NCBI GenBank assembly: GCA_038893835.1
Contig: JAWAQR010000002.1
Coordinates: 32,001-96,000 of the forward strand
Reading direction: 5' to 3'
DNA from: Archaeoglobaceae archaeon
Lineage (GTDB): Archaea > Halobacteriota > Archaeoglobi > Archaeoglobales > Archaeoglobaceae
DNA length: 64,000 nucleotides
Position numbers and translations under genes: made by a program. Below the pieces are notes generated by a model that searched no databases, was not told where the DNA came from, and worked only from the letters and a program-made list of their open reading frames with translations. Of the stretch, positions 18,305 through 27,370 are shown piece after piece (position 1 is the stretch's first letter; each line of letters begins with the position of its first letter).

Positions 18305-19096
18305 ATGATAGGGAAAAGGATTAGATTGGAAAGGATAATAGACAGGAATACCAAGCATACAGTCATCGTTCCCATGGACCATGGAGTCTCGATGGGGCCA
18401 ATAGAAGGGTTACAGAACTTGACAAAAACGATAAACGCCGTAGCAGAAGGAGGGGCAAATGCAGTAGTTGTTCATAAAGGAATCGTTGCTTATGGGCATC
18501 GAGGTTATGGGAAAGATATTGGCTTAATAATACACCTAAGCGCATCTACGATGCTTTCGCCGGATCCGAATGAAAAGGTTTTAGTTTGCACAGTTGAGGA
18601 AGCGATAAAACTTGGAGCAGATGGTGTCAGCATACACGTAAACATAGGGAGCAAAACAGAGGCTGAGCAATTAAAAATGCTTGGAGAAATATCGAGAATT
18701 TGCGCTGATTGGGGAATGCCCCTTCTTGCAATGATGTATCCAAGGGGGGAAAAGATAAACCAGTTTGATCCAAAAGCAGTGGCTCTTGCTGCCAGAGTTG
18801 GTGCGGAGCTTGGGGCAGATATAGTTAAAACGAACTTCACTGGAGATGTGGAGAGTTTCAAAAAAGTAGTTGAAGGTTGTCCAGTTCCAATAGTTATCGC
18901 TGGAGGTCCAAAGATGGGAAGTAGCGAAGAGTTGCTGCAAATGGTCAGAATGGCCATGGATGCTGGAGCCAAAGGTGTTGCCATTGGAAGAAATATATTC
19001 CAGGCAGATAACCCGACAAAGATGACCAGAGCTATAGCGATGATAGTTCACGAAAATGCAGATGTAAAGACAGCCTTGGAGTATCTGCGAAGCTAA
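18305..19096 (+). CDS. aroA': 2-amino-3,7-dideoxy-D-threo-hept-6-ulosonate synthase (DhnA-type aldolase)
   Basis: [46 protein letters not shown]. Confidence 0.88.
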   Translation: MIGKRIRLERIIDRNTKHTVIVPMDHGVSMGPIEGLQNLTKTINAVAEGGANAVVVHKGIVAYGHRGYGKDIGLIIHLSASTMLSPDPNEKVLVCTVEEAIKLGADGVSIHVNIGSKTEAEQLKMLGEISRICADWGMPLLAMMYPRGEKINQFDPKAVALAARVGAELGADIVKTNFTGDVESFKKVVEGCPVPIVIAGGPKMGSSEELLQMVRMAMDAGAKGVAIGRNIFQADNPTKMTRAIAMIVHENADVKTALEYLRS

Positions 19097-19827
19097 TCTA
19101 TCTCCTCAATTTTTAACCTCCACAGAGAATTGATTTTAGTCGCAAACTTTGGATTTTTGAACCTGGATATCAACTTAAAATCCCTGGGATAACCGATGAA
19201 TGGATCAACTGTGAGTTTCTCAGGATTTACAACCCATACCTTTGCTTTTGCCATTTTAAAGTTTTCAGAGTGAATCTTGAAGAACTTGATGAACTCATCT
19301 GGTTTCTCTTCAATTTTCACGGCAACAACGTATTCTCCATCAAAGCTTGAAGATAAATTAATATGCATATCCACATCTTCAAAGGCATAACGGATTGTCG
19401 AAAAGAAGACTGCATAGCGATTTTTATCTGAATATATTCTCAAAAAATGCCCCTCTTTATCGTAACCTTCAAAGAATTTGTCTACTGAAGCCATCATCGC
19501 ATCTAGTTTGCTTAAAAAGTTTTTTGCATGGATGTACTCCTCATAAGCCTTGATGAAATCCTCTTTTGTTGGAGCTACGGTGTGTAAGTGGTAGAAGCTT
19601 ATTCCATTTATCTCAACCTTTTCTGAAAAGTGTAAACTCTTCAAAGTTATTGGGCAATCTAGAAAACTGCAAACAACTTCTTTCAAATCATTTTCACTGA
19701 AATATATAGCTTTTAGCCCCAAAGCTTTCAAAGCAGAGCGAATCGCTTTTACTTTTAACTCCTCCTCAGTCACAACCACTTTGTTGGAAAGAGATTCTGA
19801 GAGTTTTTCGATCACTTCTACTTCCAC
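19093..19827 (-). CDS. Hypothetical protein
   Basis: 244-aa ORF with host-like composition; family not recognised. Confidence 0.75.
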   Translation of the reverse strand: MEVEVIEKLSESLSNKVVVTEEELKVKAIRSALKALGLKAIYFSENDLKEVVCSFLDCPITLKSLHFSEKVEINGISFYHLHTVAPTKEDFIKAYEEYIHAKNFLSKLDAMMASVDKFFEGYDKEGHFLRIYSDKNRYAVFFSTIRYAFEDVDMHINLSSSFDGEYVVAVKIEEKPDEFIKFFKIHSENFKMAKAKVWVVNPEKLTVDPFIGYPRDFKLISRFKNPKFATKINSLWRLKIEEID

Positions 19828-19875
19828 AGATCTTGTAAGGCTAAAGCTTTTAATATTTTTCTCTACACTTTTTTT

Positions 19876-20811
19876 ATGCGAGTAAGAACCGGTTCACGAA
19901 TTCACATAACTCTCATAGACATGAACGCAAGCATTGGAAGAGTCGACGGTGGTGTAGGTATTGCTTTGGATGAGCCAAAGATTGAAATAAAGGCCTTTAG
20001 GAGTGATAAAGTCGTTGTTAAAGGTGATTCCGAAAATTTTGAAAGATTTTATACAGTTGCCAATAAAATGAAAAATTTTTTTGGAAAAGGAATCGAAATC
20101 GAAATTCTTTCCGATTACAAAGCACATGTGGGTCTTGGAAGTGGAACTCAAATAGCTTTAGCTGTTGGTAAAGCCTATTCAGAAATTTACAACCTTGGAT
20201 TGAGTGTCAGGAAGATTGCTGAGCTCCTCAACAGAGGTGGAACCTCTGGAATTGGCGTATCAGCTTTTGAATATGGTGGATTTTTGGTCGATGGAGGACA
20301 TTCTTGGAAAGAGAAGGGGAGTTTTTTACCATCTTCTTTCAGCAAAGCTAAACCTGCACCGCTTATTTCTAGATTGGAGTTTCCAGACTGGAAAATTGTG
20401 GTTGCAATACCAAGGTTAAGCGGCGCATATGGTGTTGGAGAACTTGAACTGTTTAAAAAATCCTGCCCCGTGCCAATTGAAGAGGTAAGAGAGCTCTGCC
20501 ATATAATACTCATGAAACTGCTTCCATCTGTAGTCGAGAGTGATCTTGACTCTTTTCTTAGCGCAATTAGAAGGATACAGCAAATAGGTTTTAAAAAGGC
20601 TGAAGTTGAAAGATATGGGAGAATAATAAAGGATTTACTGGATTTACTACCTTTCGGAATGAGCTCAACTGGTCCAAGCGTTTATACTGTAACGGACAGC
20701 GATGCTAGAAAAATGGCAGTTGAGGTGGAAAATTACTTCAGCGAGAGAGGGATAGATTGTGAAGTGATAATAACAAAAGCTAGAAATAGGGGTGCAGAAG
20801 TTGAAGTATAA
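19876..20811 (+). CDS. mptG: Beta-ribofuranosylaminobenzene 5'-phosphate (RFAP) synthase, methanopterin biosynthesis
   Basis: SRIHITLID, GRVDGG, HVGLGSGTQ, RGGTSGIG, DGGH, MSSTGP (GHMP fold). Confidence 0.93.
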   Translation: MRVRTGSRIHITLIDMNASIGRVDGGVGIALDEPKIEIKAFRSDKVVVKGDSENFERFYTVANKMKNFFGKGIEIEILSDYKAHVGLGSGTQIALAVGKAYSEIYNLGLSVRKIAELLNRGGTSGIGVSAFEYGGFLVDGGHSWKEKGSFLPSSFSKAKPAPLISRLEFPDWKIVVAIPRLSGAYGVGELELFKKSCPVPIEEVRELCHIILMKLLPSVVESDLDSFLSAIRRIQQIGFKKAEVERYGRIIKDLLDLLPFGMSSTGPSVYTVTDSDARKMAVEVENYFSERGIDCEVIITKARNRGAEVEV

Positions 20812-21571
20812 TCTATGGTTCGGAACACTTGAAAAAGATTTAAAGATCTCCGAAAACTTTGAGAGTAGTTTTCTTTCTGCAGTAAATCATTCACCTTTAC
20901 CCTTCAATCTTTCAGAATTCGGAATGAAGTTACTTGGAAAGAATTATTACCGAATTCTAAGAAAGGTTGCGATCGAAATCGCTGAAAAGAGAATCAAAGA
21001 GGAATTGGGGAGTGATGAAAAATACGTGATAGCATTGGTAAAAGCGCTGGATGGAGTTGAGGAGGCCATAAACATCGTAAAAGAGAAAAGGGATGATTTA
21101 AAAGATATAAGAGATACCATACTCGGAAACTTTGAAGATGCAATTAAAGAACTCGAAAAGCTCAGGGATGAGATAGAAAAGGAAATAAATGCTACTATGC
21201 ATAAAATAGCGCCAAATTTAACTGAGATAGCAGGATATAAAATAGGTGCGAAGCTCATCGAAAAATTCGGAAGCTTAAAGAAATTGGCTTTTTCCAATGC
21301 GAATAAAATCCAGATTGCTGGGGCTGAAAAAAGTTTATACAAAGCTCTTACAAGGATAAAAAAAGGAAAAGAAGCTAAAATACCGAAGCATGGTATAATA
21401 TTCCTACACAGCTTTGTTAGGAGTTTACCGAAGAAGAAAAGAGGGAAGATGGCAAGATTTTTGGCTTCTAAAATATCCATAGCTTCAAAAATAGACTACT
21501 TCAGAGGTGAACTCGAAGAAGGTTTATTCGAATCTTTAAAAAGGAAGTTTGAGGAGTTGAGGAGGAAATGA
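20801..21571 (+). CDS. nop5: Box C/D sRNP protein Nop5 (Nop56/58)
   Basis: APNL, IQIAGAEKSL, PKHGIIF, RGKMARFLA; short Archaeoglobus-type N-terminus KYNLWFG; start (TTG 20801 or GTG 20792) uncertain. Confidence 0.95.
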   Translation: MKYNLWFGTLEKDLKISENFESSFLSAVNHSPLPFNLSEFGMKLLGKNYYRILRKVAIEIAEKRIKEELGSDEKYVIALVKALDGVEEAINIVKEKRDDLKDIRDTILGNFEDAIKELEKLRDEIEKEINATMHKIAPNLTEIAGYKIGAKLIEKFGSLKKLAFSNANKIQIAGAEKSLYKALTRIKKGKEAKIPKHGIIFLHSFVRSLPKKKRGKMARFLASKISIASKIDYFRGELEEGLFESLKRKFEELRRK

Positions 21572-22200
21572 GGAACGTAAAAATAATAAACGGTGTTCCG
21601 GCTACTAAGAGTAAATATGGGAGCCATTATGGTGAGAGAATATTCTTTCTGGGAAATGAAAAGTTCAGAGAATGGGTACCTTGGAGGAGTAAACTATCTG
21701 CATTAATCCTAAAAGGCTATGAAATCGACTTCAGAGGGGATGAAAAAATTCTCTACCTTGGTGCAGCAAGTGGGACAACTTTAAGTCATTTAGCAGACAT
21801 AGTGGATGAGGGGATAATATATGCTGTTGAGTACTCAGCGAAGCCTTTCATAAAGTTACTCGAGCTCGCAAAGGAAAGAGATAACATTATACCTCTTTTC
21901 TTCGATGCAAGCAAACCTTGGCTGTATAGCGGAATCGTGGAAAAGGTTGATTTCATATACCAAGACATAGCTCAAAAGAATCAGATTGAGATTCTAAAAA
22001 CAAATGCTGATTTCTTCTTAAAAGATAACGGTATGTTTTTGATCATGATAAAGGCTAAAAGCATAGATTCGACTGCCGAGAGTGGAGAAATTTTCTCTCT
22101 CATAACCCAGAAAATTTCTAAGGATTTTTCAATTCTTGAAAAAGGTTCTCTAGAACCATATCATAAAGACCATATGTTCGTACTTGGGGTGAAGATATGA
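21568..22200 (+). CDS. flpA: Fibrillarin 2'-O-methyltransferase
   Basis: REW.P.RSKL, LYLGAASGTT.SH, YQDIAQ, LEPYHKDH. Confidence 0.97.
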   Translation: MRNVKIINGVPATKSKYGSHYGERIFFLGNEKFREWVPWRSKLSALILKGYEIDFRGDEKILYLGAASGTTLSHLADIVDEGIIYAVEYSAKPFIKLLELAKERDNIIPLFFDASKPWLYSGIVEKVDFIYQDIAQKNQIEILKTNADFFLKDNGMFLIMIKAKSIDSTAESGEIFSLITQKISKDFSILEKGSLEPYHKDHMFVLGVKI

Positions 22201-22478
22201 GATTCAGAATAGTTAGGATCGAGTTGAAGGAAGAAGATGTTCTTGTTTTTATGAAAAGAGTAGATAAAACAATACCGCAAAGAATACCGCAGAGAGTGGA
22301 AATAGAGAGACCAGAACAGATAATAGAATTCGGCTTACAGCTGGGAATGAATTTAGCGAAAAGATTTGAAGACATCTTTGGAGTTGATGCCTTCGTTACG
22401 TTAAAATACGATGAGTATATCACGAAGGAGCTGAAAGTTGGAGATTTCGTTGACATAGAAATAAAGGAGGTGGAATGA
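22197..22478 (+). CDS. Small hypothetical protein (weak arcadin-1-like C-terminal pattern)
   Basis: ATGA overlaps at both ends; C-terminal LKYDEYITKELKVGDFVDIEI. Confidence 0.7.
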   Translation: MRFRIVRIELKEEDVLVFMKRVDKTIPQRIPQRVEIERPEQIIEFGLQLGMNLAKRFEDIFGVDAFVTLKYDEYITKELKVGDFVDIEIKEVE

Positions 22479-23773
22479 TGTTCTGGAACCCGAGCATTGA
22501 AAGGATGCCTGTGGCAGATTTGAAGGAAATACAGGAAAAGAAGCTGAGAGCACTCGTCAACAACGTTTATCAATATTCTCCGTTCTATAGAAGGAAGTTC
22601 AAAGAGCTGGGCATAGATCCCTCCCAGATAAGGAGCCTCGAAGACCTTCCAAAACTTCCTTTTACGAGAAAACAGGATTTGAGAGATAATTATCCCTTTG
22701 GAATGTTCGCGGTGCCAGTGTCACAGATAGTTAGGTTTCACGCTTCTAGCGGGACTACTGGAAAACCAACTCTGGTTGGATACACGGAAAACGACATAAG
22801 AGTTTGGGTTGAAAGTCTGTGCAGAGGACTGGTTAGCTGTGGAGTTACTCATGAAGATATAGTTCAAATAGCATACGGCTATGGCCTCTTCACCGGCGGA
22901 CTCGGTTTCCATTATGCTGTCGAAAAAATCGGAGCCACAGCTTTGCCAATATCAACTGGAAACACTGCAAGACAGATTGAACTTATGAAAGATCTAGGTG
23001 TAACTGTAATAGCATGCACACCATCTTACATGCTCTACATGTCAGAATACGCAGAGAAAATGGGAACTAGCTTAAAGGATACAAAGCTGAGAATCGGAAT
23101 TTTTGGTGCAGAACCTTGGAGCGAAGAAACTAGGAAAAGAATTGAATTAAAAACAGGATTAACTGCCTATGACGTCTATGGAACTTCAGAACTAAGTGGC
23201 CCTCTTTTCACAGAATGCGTCGAAAGAAATGGGCTCCATGTATGGGCAGATCATTTTCTGATAGAGGCAATAGATCCGAAGACCGGTGAGAACGTTGGAG
23301 AAGGAGAAAAAGGGGAACTGGTGGTAACTACGCTGAGCAAAGAAGCGATGCCTCTAATAAGATGGAGAACTGGAGATATAACGATAATAGAGACTGAAAA
23401 GTGTAATTGTGGTAGAACTCACCCAAGAATAATGAGAATTCTCGGGAGAAGCGATGACATGCTCATAGTTCGCGGAGTAAACGTTTTTCCAAGCCAGATA
23501 GAGCATGTTTTGATGCAAATTCCAGAGCTTGGAGAACATTACATGATAATACTAGACAGAGTAGAGAATCTGGATGAAATGACGATTCAGGTTGAACTAA
23601 GCGAAAGAGTTTCAGTGGATAAGCCAGCAGATATACTGAATCTAAAAAAGAGGGTTGAGGAAAAGCTTAAGAGTGTTCTGGGAGTACATGCAAAAGTTGA
23701 AATCGTAAATCCTGGAACTCTTCAAAGATTTGAAGGTAAAGCGAAAAGGGTTATAGATAAGAGAAAGATATGA
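22475..23773 (+). CDS. paaK: Phenylacetate-CoA ligase family protein (paralog 2)
   Basis: HASSGTTGKP, GAEPW, YGTSE, RWRTGD, GRSDDM, GKAKRVID. Confidence 0.92.
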   Translation: MMFWNPSIERMPVADLKEIQEKKLRALVNNVYQYSPFYRRKFKELGIDPSQIRSLEDLPKLPFTRKQDLRDNYPFGMFAVPVSQIVRFHASSGTTGKPTLVGYTENDIRVWVESLCRGLVSCGVTHEDIVQIAYGYGLFTGGLGFHYAVEKIGATALPISTGNTARQIELMKDLGVTVIACTPSYMLYMSEYAEKMGTSLKDTKLRIGIFGAEPWSEETRKRIELKTGLTAYDVYGTSELSGPLFTECVERNGLHVWADHFLIEAIDPKTGENVGEGEKGELVVTTLSKEAMPLIRWRTGDITIIETEKCNCGRTHPRIMRILGRSDDMLIVRGVNVFPSQIEHVLMQIPELGEHYMIILDRVENLDEMTIQVELSERVSVDKPADILNLKKRVEEKLKSVLGVHAKVEIVNPGTLQRFEGKAKRVIDKRKI

Positions 23774-23774
23774 G

Positions 23775-24197
23775 GTGATACTTGTGATAAAACAAATTTC
23801 TGTGTTCGTGGAAAACAAGCCTGGAAGACTTGCTTCTGTAACTGGGGTCCTATTTGAAAAGGGAATAAATCTCAGAGCATTTATGATTGCGGATGCTGGA
23901 GACTTTGGGATAATCAGAATGGTTGTGGACAGGACTGATGACGCTTACAAAGCTCTAAAGGATGCCGGATTTACAGTTGCAATCAACGATGTCTTGGCAG
24001 TTGAAGTTGAGGATAAGCCGGGGGAATTGTATAAAATAGCGAAAGCCTTAGGAGATGAGGGTGTAAACATTGAATACGTTTACGCTTTTACCTCGGAAAA
24101 ACATAAGGCACTCATAATATTCCGCGTCGATGATTTGGAGAGAGCGAGAGAAATACTAGAGAGAATAGGTGTACTTTTCAAAGGGAGAATTGACTAG
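23775..24197 (+). CDS. Tandem ACT-domain protein
   Basis: QISVFVENKPGRL, DKPGEL, NIEYVYAF; usual neighbour of paaK. Confidence 0.92.
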   Translation: MILVIKQISVFVENKPGRLASVTGVLFEKGINLRAFMIADAGDFGIIRMVVDRTDDAYKALKDAGFTVAINDVLAVEVEDKPGELYKIAKALGDEGVNIEYVYAFTSEKHKALIIFRVDDLERAREILERIGVLFKGRID

Positions 24198-24234
24198 TTT
24201 TGACAGAAAAATTTTATAAGCTAGAGATCAAAAA

Positions 24235-24576
24235 ATGAGCATGCTTTCAATCAATCCAACTCTGGTTGTTAGAGACAAACCCTATAGCAAGGAGGAATTG
24301 ATGGAAGCTCTGCGCTTGGCAATATCTGCTGAGCTGGATGCAATTAGCCTTTACGAGCAGATGGCAAGATTTAGTCCAGATGAGAACTGCAAAAAGATAT
24401 TTCTGGATGTTGCAAGGGAAGAAAAAGCACATGTTGGCGAGTTCTTAGCACTTCTTCTGACCATGGATTCGGAACAAGTAAGTGAGCTAAAAAGCGGTTT
24501 TCGAGAAGTGGAGGAGAAAACTGGGATAAAGACTGCTCTGGATGGAGGAGATCAAAGATTCACGAAAAGGGAGTAA
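24235..24576 (+). CDS. Encapsulin-type ferritin-like protein (Flp/EncFtn, rubrerythrin-like) domain
   Basis: MLSINPTLVVRDKPYSKEELMEALRLAISAELDAISLYEQ...REEKAHVGEF; closely resembles the N-terminal cargo domain of the Pyrococcus furiosus Flp-encapsulin fusion as recalled. Confidence 0.9.
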   Translation: MSMLSINPTLVVRDKPYSKEELMEALRLAISAELDAISLYEQMARFSPDENCKKIFLDVAREEKAHVGEFLALLLTMDSEQVSELKSGFREVEEKTGIKTALDGGDQRFTKRE

Positions 24577-24719
24577 AATGGTCGTAGAAATTTTAAAGGA
24601 CATTTTCACAGGTGGAATCATAGTTACGCCATCGATTGAGGAAAAAGTCATCGTTTTTTGCCAACACACCAAGTGCTGCTGACATAGTAGTTGGATAGGA
24701 GCTGGTAGTGCTCGAGTGA
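24555..24719 (+). pseudogene. Relic of encapsulin (family 1) shell C-terminus
   Basis: KIHEK|fs|SKMVVEILKDIFTGGIIVTPSIEEKVIVF|fs|ANTPSAADIVVG*ELVVLE*; two frameshifts, a stop and large deletions. Confidence 0.82.
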
Positions 24720-25033
24720 TGGATCGCATAAACTTCGATGCGGAATTCATTCCACTTATTTTAACTGGAGAAAAGAGGACAACGATAAGAAAAGGGATCA
24801 GAAGTTATCCTGTTGGAAAAGTTGTAGAATTAACGGTTGAAAACAAACCCTTCGCGATGGCTAAAGTTAAAAAAGTAGTTGTGAAGAGAGTTTCAGAGCT
24901 GAGTGATGAAGATGCTAGATCCGATGGTTTTTCAAGTAAGGAAGAACTTTTGAACGCTTTAAAAAGAATTTATGGAGAGATACTAGATTCTGAGTTCGTT
25001 ACAATCGTGCATTTTGAAGTTTTGCAGCCTTAA
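24719..25033 (+). CDS. ASCH domain protein
   Basis: ILTGEKRTTIR, DARSDGF, L.RIY. Confidence 0.9.
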   Translation: MDRINFDAEFIPLILTGEKRTTIRKGIRSYPVGKVVELTVENKPFAMAKVKKVVVKRVSELSDEDARSDGFSSKEELLNALKRIYGEILDSEFVTIVHFEVLQP

Positions 25034-25085
25034 AATCTTTGATCGACAATAAAACTTTAAAAAAATACACACCATTCTTAAAGCG

Positions 25086-26369
25086 ATGCGAATAAGAGTT
25101 GAGTTTCACGATCTGGACAAAAGTTTGAAGAACTTTGTCCTCGAAGGGGTGTGTTCACAAATAACTTATTCTCTTATTACTGTAACTATCATAAGCTCAT
25201 ATCTCGCAACGACCAAAATTCCCCCTTTTTTGCTCAGCGTTCTGATATCGATTCCTCACACTACAACTGTTGCACAGATAATTTCGGCGAAGTTTGTAGA
25301 GAAAAGAAATAGGAAAAAGATATCGATCTATGTTAGTTTAATAGCCAAAATAACCCTTATAGGAATAGCAGTGAACTCCTTTTTTGGAGGAGATTACGAA
25401 GTTCTATTCTTCGCAATTCTTTACCTTATCTTCAACATTTGCGAAGACGTCTACACAGTTACTTGGAGTTCTTGGTCACGGGATTTGATTTCTGGAGGTA
25501 AAAGGGGGGAAATTTTTTCCAAAAGATCAGCTTATGGTAGAATTTTTGCCATTTTTGCAATATTGCCACAGATATTCGTTTTTGATCGAATGGATAAAAC
25601 CGGTTTCTCCGTCCTATTCCTAACTTCTGCCCTTATAGGCCTTATAGGAGTCTATTTTTTGAGGAACGTCGAGAATGTCAGATCGAGTAGAATAAGCGAG
25701 ATAAGGTTGATAGAACCAATGAGGAACATCAATTTCCTGAAACTAATTTTTTCCGTCTCCATATTCCTGTTCGCCATAAGCTCTGCTAGAACTTTTTTTA
25801 CAGTCTTTTTAATCAATTGTCTGCAGTATTCCCTTTCAACAGTCCTTTTTCTAGCTTTCTTAGCCCATCTCAGCTCCATATACTCCTTCCGTATTTCAGG
25901 CATTTTTTCAGACAATCTTGGAAATAAGCCCCTCTTTACCCTATCTTTTCTGACCTTTTCAATTTCAGCAATCCTTTTTGCATTTTCAACACAGAAATCT
26001 TTTTGGATTCTCGCAATCGCATATATTCTTCACGGCTTCTACACTTCCGCCCCAACAATTGCTCTAACAAATGCAATAGCAGACTTGACTTATAAGAAGT
26101 ATTCTGCACCATATTACGCTTTGAGTAACTGGTTACAGGACACTTTTTCAGCCATTGGCTGCGTCTTTGCGGGAATTTTAGTCTCTTCCCTTTACGAGAG
26201 TGGAGATATTGCTTTTCGAGTTCTCTTCATTTTTTCCGCTATTCTTTCTCTTCTTTCATTCTTCACAATAAGACTCTACGATGAATATGCGCCATCGCAA
26301 TGGAATGCAATGTTAAAGATGCCAAAGTTAATAATTCAGGACATTGCAAGGATTTTTAGAATTGGCTAA
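25086..26369 (+). CDS. MFS transporter
   Basis: About 12 hydrophobic helices; GIFSDNLGNK motif A-like. Confidence 0.88.
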   Translation: MRIRVEFHDLDKSLKNFVLEGVCSQITYSLITVTIISSYLATTKIPPFLLSVLISIPHTTTVAQIISAKFVEKRNRKKISIYVSLIAKITLIGIAVNSFFGGDYEVLFFAILYLIFNICEDVYTVTWSSWSRDLISGGKRGEIFSKRSAYGRIFAIFAILPQIFVFDRMDKTGFSVLFLTSALIGLIGVYFLRNVENVRSSRISEIRLIEPMRNINFLKLIFSVSIFLFAISSARTFFTVFLINCLQYSLSTVLFLAFLAHLSSIYSFRISGIFSDNLGNKPLFTLSFLTFSISAILFAFSTQKSFWILAIAYILHGFYTSAPTIALTNAIADLTYKKYSAPYYALSNWLQDTFSAIGCVFAGILVSSLYESGDIAFRVLFIFSAILSLLSFFTIRLYDEYAPSQWNAMLKMPKLIIQDIARIFRIG

Positions 26370-26406
26370 GGATTTAAATCAAAACCGAAATCCCTGCAAA
26401 TCTTCT

Positions 26407-26685
26407 TTACCACTTCTGAAGGATGTCATCAACTTCATCCGCAAAATCCTCTTCCCCTAACCTTGCAGACGTATGCACCAAGATAAGCTCTATTAGCTCC
26501 TGCAAGAAGCATTAAGGGAAGAGAGTGTATGTTCAAACAAAATCCTAGTTCCGCAAAGGTGTTCCGTTCACTGGTTGAAATCCGGAAATGGAGCAGTGTT
26601 TTAAATATCCTCCTTCAAGCGTAACCCTGCCCATCCCACAATCCTTTATAAAATCAACAGCTTTACAGAACTCCTCCAAGTTCAT
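26407..26685 (-). pseudogene. Deleted relic of a BioB/HydE/ThiH-like (BATS-domain) radical SAM gene
   Basis: MNLEEFCKAVDFIKDCGMGRVTLEGG fused in frame to ...GFQPVNGTPLRN*, then MLLAGANRAYLG in another frame; CxxxCxxC motif absent. Confidence 0.65.
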
Positions 26686-26772
26686 AAAACTCCAAATTTC
26701 CACTTTCAATCATGGAATTCGTTATTTCCGGATGAACCTTTATATCAGATGGTATTCCGAAAAGTGTTGAAG

Positions 26773-26904
26773 TTAAATCCCTAGAACAGTTATTTTGAGA
26801 ATTCTCTCAACTTCTTTCGCTTTATCTTTACCCAACCTTTTTTCAAGAATTTCAATAATTTTATTTTTATTTCTAACAATTTCTTTAAGTGTCTCTTCTA
26901 TCAT
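26773..26904 (-). CDS. 43-aa ORF (small protein or truncated 5' end of the adjacent relic)
   Basis: MIEETLKEIVRNKNKIIEILEKRLGKDKAKEVERILKITVLGI; GAGG upstream of the ATG. Confidence 0.4.
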   Translation of the reverse strand: MIEETLKEIVRNKNKIIEILEKRLGKDKAKEVERILKITVLGI

Positions 26905-26988
26905 CTCGCCTCAATTGAAAAGAAGGGATATAAAATCTTCTCAAAAGCTTTAGAAATCTAAAAATGTCCAAAATAATCCTACAATAAA

Positions 26989-27061
26989 AGCCGCCGGCGG
27001 GATTCGAACCCGCGACCTGGTGATTACAAGTCACCCGCTCTGCCAGCTGAGCCACGGCGGC
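26989..27061 (-). tRNA. tRNA-Thr(TGT)
   Basis: Reverse complement GCCGCCG...GGTGA-CT-TGT-AA-TCACC...GGTTCGAATCC...CGGCGGCT. Confidence 0.96.
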
Positions 27062-27132
27062 GTTTAAGCATCGTATCTTTTTAGTTTATTAAACTTTTTG
27101 CCTTGAATCGAGCGAAAGATTTTTATGCTCAA

Positions 27133-27150
27133 ATTTAGGTTAACCTAAAT
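27133..27150. promoter_or_regulatory. DtxR/IdeR-family metalloregulator operator
   Basis: Perfect palindrome ATTTAGGTTAACCTAAAT between the TATA-like TTTTAT (~27121) and the feoA ATG; core resembles the TTAGGTTAGcCTAA DtxR box. Confidence 0.8.
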
Positions 27151-27370
27151 GATGATTTCTATGGACTTAGCTCGTGGAAAAGTCAGGATAATAGAGATAA
27201 GAGGTGGTAGAGGATTTGTAAGAAGGCTCATCGATATGGGTCTAGCTCCGGGACAAGTTGTCGAAGTTATATCAAACGGCCCACCAGTTGTTGTAAAGGT
27301 GAGAGACTCCGAGATAGCCATTGGAAAAGGAGTTGCTAAAAAAGTTTTTGTAGAGGAAGTAAATGTATAA
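27149..27370 (+). CDS. feoA: Ferrous iron transport protein A
   Basis: RRLIDMGLAPG, IAIGKGVAKK. Confidence 0.95.
   Translation: MMISMDLARGKVRIIEIRGGRGFVRRLIDMGLAPGQVVEVISNGPPVVVKVRDSEIAIGKGVAKKVFVEEVNV

Noticed and set aside
24487-24750. 87-aa minus-strand ORF behind the Flp gene
   Set aside because: It is the antisense shadow of the plus-strand encapsulin relic
26588-26770. 60-aa plus-strand ORF
   Set aside because: Antisense to the radical SAM relic; no motif or RBS
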